Assembly: GCA_049674665.1 (NCBI GenBank)
Contig: JBATZM010000032.1
Span: 16,987-80,986, forward strand
DNA: 64,000 nucleotides
Reading direction: 5' to 3'
Origin: Terriglobales bacterium
Lineage (GTDB): Bacteria; Acidobacteriota; Terriglobia; Terriglobales; Acidobacteriaceae
Part shown: one piece after another, positions 62,796 to 64,000 of the stretch
Layout of the letters: each line of letters begins with the position of its first letter
Numbering within the stretch: position 1 is the stretch's first letter
Notes under the pieces: generated by a model
The model's input: only the letters and a program-made list of their open reading frames with translations
The model's database searches: none
Told to the model about the DNA's origin: nothing
Translations under genes and position numbers: made by a program

Positions 62796-63950
62796 CTACT
62801 TTGCATTCACAAACTCCGCCAGCGGGATAACGTCGACTCTTTTCCCCAATGAATACGACTTCTCGCCGGGATACAGAACGCACAGTCGGTCGAGTTTCAG
62901 GTCGGTAAGCGCGATTCGCATGGAAGGAGTGAACACCGGCGCATCGGCACGTTTGCACTCGATGCCGATGCGGCGCCCGTCTTTGAATAAAAGAAGATCA
63001 AGCTCCGCTCCGTTGTGCGTGGCCCAATAGTAGGCCTCGTCAGGGCGGAAAGACTTGAGCACCTCCTCGACGGCATAACCCTCCCACGAAGCGCCCACCT
63101 TCGGATGAAGCTCAAGATCCCGATGATTGGCAATGCCGAGCAACGCGTGCAGAAGGCCGCTGTCGCGCACATAAACTTTCGGTGCCTTCACTTGGCGCTT
63201 GCCGAGATTCTCAAACCACGGTGGCAGCTGCCGGAGCATGAAGACATCGGCCATGAGGTCGAGATAACGGCGCACTGTAGCCTCGTTAACAGTCAACGCG
63301 CGCGCGAGCTCGGCCGCATTCCAGATTTGGGCGTGATAGTGGGCGACCATGTTCCAGAACCGCCGCAAGGCAAGCGCCGGAATCGTGATACCTAGTTGGG
63401 GCAAGTCACGCTCAAGAAAAGTTTGCAGAAATTGACGCCGCCAGGAGAGCGAATCTGTCTCGGTTCTTGGCGTGTAGGCTAGCGGAAAACCACCCCGCAG
63501 CCAGTGTCGTCCTTGGGCCGTGGCACCCAAATCGGAAAGGCGAAAGCCCTCCAAGGGAACGGTCTCGATGCGCCCGGCAAGTGTCTCTGAAGATTGCCGG
63601 AGCAGATCGGGCGAAGCGCTGCCGAGAACGAGAAAGCGCGCTCGGAGCGGTTTGCGGTCCGCCAGTACACGTAACAACGGAAACAGATCGGGGCGGCGCT
63701 GGATTTCGTCAATCACCACCAACTTCTTGAGCGGACGCAGGGCCGTATCGGGCTCGGTCAACCGGGCGAGGCTTCGCGGGTCCTCCAGATCGAAGTAGTT
63801 GAGGGAATCGGGCGGAACAAACTCGCGGGCGAGCGTTGTCTTGCCGCATTGACGAGGTCCCAGAAGGGCAACCACGCGGCTGCGCCGCAAAGCGGCGCGG
63901 ATCAAGGCGATATCAGCGAAACGGACAATCACCAGGGAATTGTACACCAT
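62796..63950 (-). CDS. AAA-family ATPase with DUF4143-like C-terminal domain
   Basis: LLGPRQCGKTTLAREF (Walker A) and VVIDEIQRRPDLF (Walker B). The architecture matches the widespread AAA_14/DUF4143 'ATP-binding protein' family. Confidence 0.8.
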   Translation of the reverse strand: MVYNSLVIVRFADIALIRAALRRSRVVALLGPRQCGKTTLAREFVPPDSLNYFDLEDPRSLARLTEPDTALRPLKKLVVIDEIQRRPDLFPLLRVLADRKPLRARFLVLGSASPDLLRQSSETLAGRIETVPLEGFRLSDLGATAQGRHWLRGGFPLAYTPRTETDSLSWRRQFLQTFLERDLPQLGITIPALALRRFWNMVAHYHAQIWNAAELARALTVNEATVRRYLDLMADVFMLRQLPPWFENLGKRQVKAPKVYVRDSGLLHALLGIANHRDLELHPKVGASWEGYAVEEVLKSFRPDEAYYWATHNGAELDLLLFKDGRRIGIECKRADAPVFTPSMRIALTDLKLDRLCVLYPGEKSYSLGKRVDVIPLAEFVNAK

Positions 63951-63983
63951 GAAAATCCCGCTGTCGATGCGGGATTTTCATGG
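63947..63983. repeat. perfect 14-bp inverted repeat overlapping the ATPase start codon
   Basis: CCATGAAAATCCCG-ctgtcgatg-CGGGATTTTCATGG. Confidence 0.9.
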
Positions 63984-64000
63984 TATATTTTAGGAACCAC

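Noticed and set aside
1-64000. tRNA, rRNA, tmRNA, RNase P RNA, SRP RNA
   Set aside because: Scanning the gaps by eye, I saw no T-arm-type GGTTCGA(A/G)TCC within a cloverleaf context and no RNase P, SRP or tmRNA signature strings. A proper tRNAscan/Infernal run is still advisable.
1-64000. Transposases, integrases, prophage or known defence-system genes
   Set aside because: None of the credible ORFs shows DDE, tyrosine or serine recombinase motifs, or nuclease/helicase/methylase defence-type motifs. The only candidate mobile unit is the four-helix-bundle cassette.

Overview
High-GC (roughly 55-60% by eye) bacterial chromosomal segment. Gene content and the dispersed-repeat families suggest an Acidobacteriota (Terriglobia-like) genome; this is inference only. 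The window covers the replication-origin neighbourhood: rsmG-parA-parB preceded by three parS sites (33.2-36.4 kb), mnmE, and rpmH-rnpA-yidD-yidC-jag-dnaA-[DnaA-box cluster plus AT-rich element, probable oriC]-dnaN (48.2-54.8 kb). The remaining genes are mostly housekeeping or envelope-related. They include rpe (partial), obg, rpmA, rplU, dtd, acpP-fabF, a fabZ-lpxA-lpxI lipid A cluster, pal, a PiT phosphate transporter, a KimA-type K+ transporter, ruvB, mscL, rpmB, an EF-G paralogue, three secreted amidohydrolases, two TonB-C-domain proteins, an ECF sigma/anti-sigma pair, a hybrid histidine kinase and a PadR-DUF1700-CPBP operon. I found no rRNA, tRNA, CRISPR array, transposase, integrase or recognisable defence genes, and no clear-cut new multi-gene system. 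The unusual signals are as follows. (1) At least three families of short dispersed repeats are present, and some copies sit in frame inside housekeeping genes (rsmG, mnmE, and the signal peptide of an amidohydrolase). (2) A four-helix-bundle (23S-IVS-protein family) gene forms a cassette bounded by inverted heptad-repeat arms, inserted between lpxA and lpxI; similar gene-less arm pairs occur elsewhere. (3) lpxI is interrupted by an in-frame TAA. (4) Two genes have conserved N-termini that can only be reached from CTG or other non-canonical starts. (5) GTAAA-N5-GTAAA (CpxR-type) boxes lie in front of a Spy/CpxP-like gene within a cluster of envelope quality-control genes. All start codons and motif coordinates were assigned by eye. 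All family assignments are recognition of motifs, not database searches.
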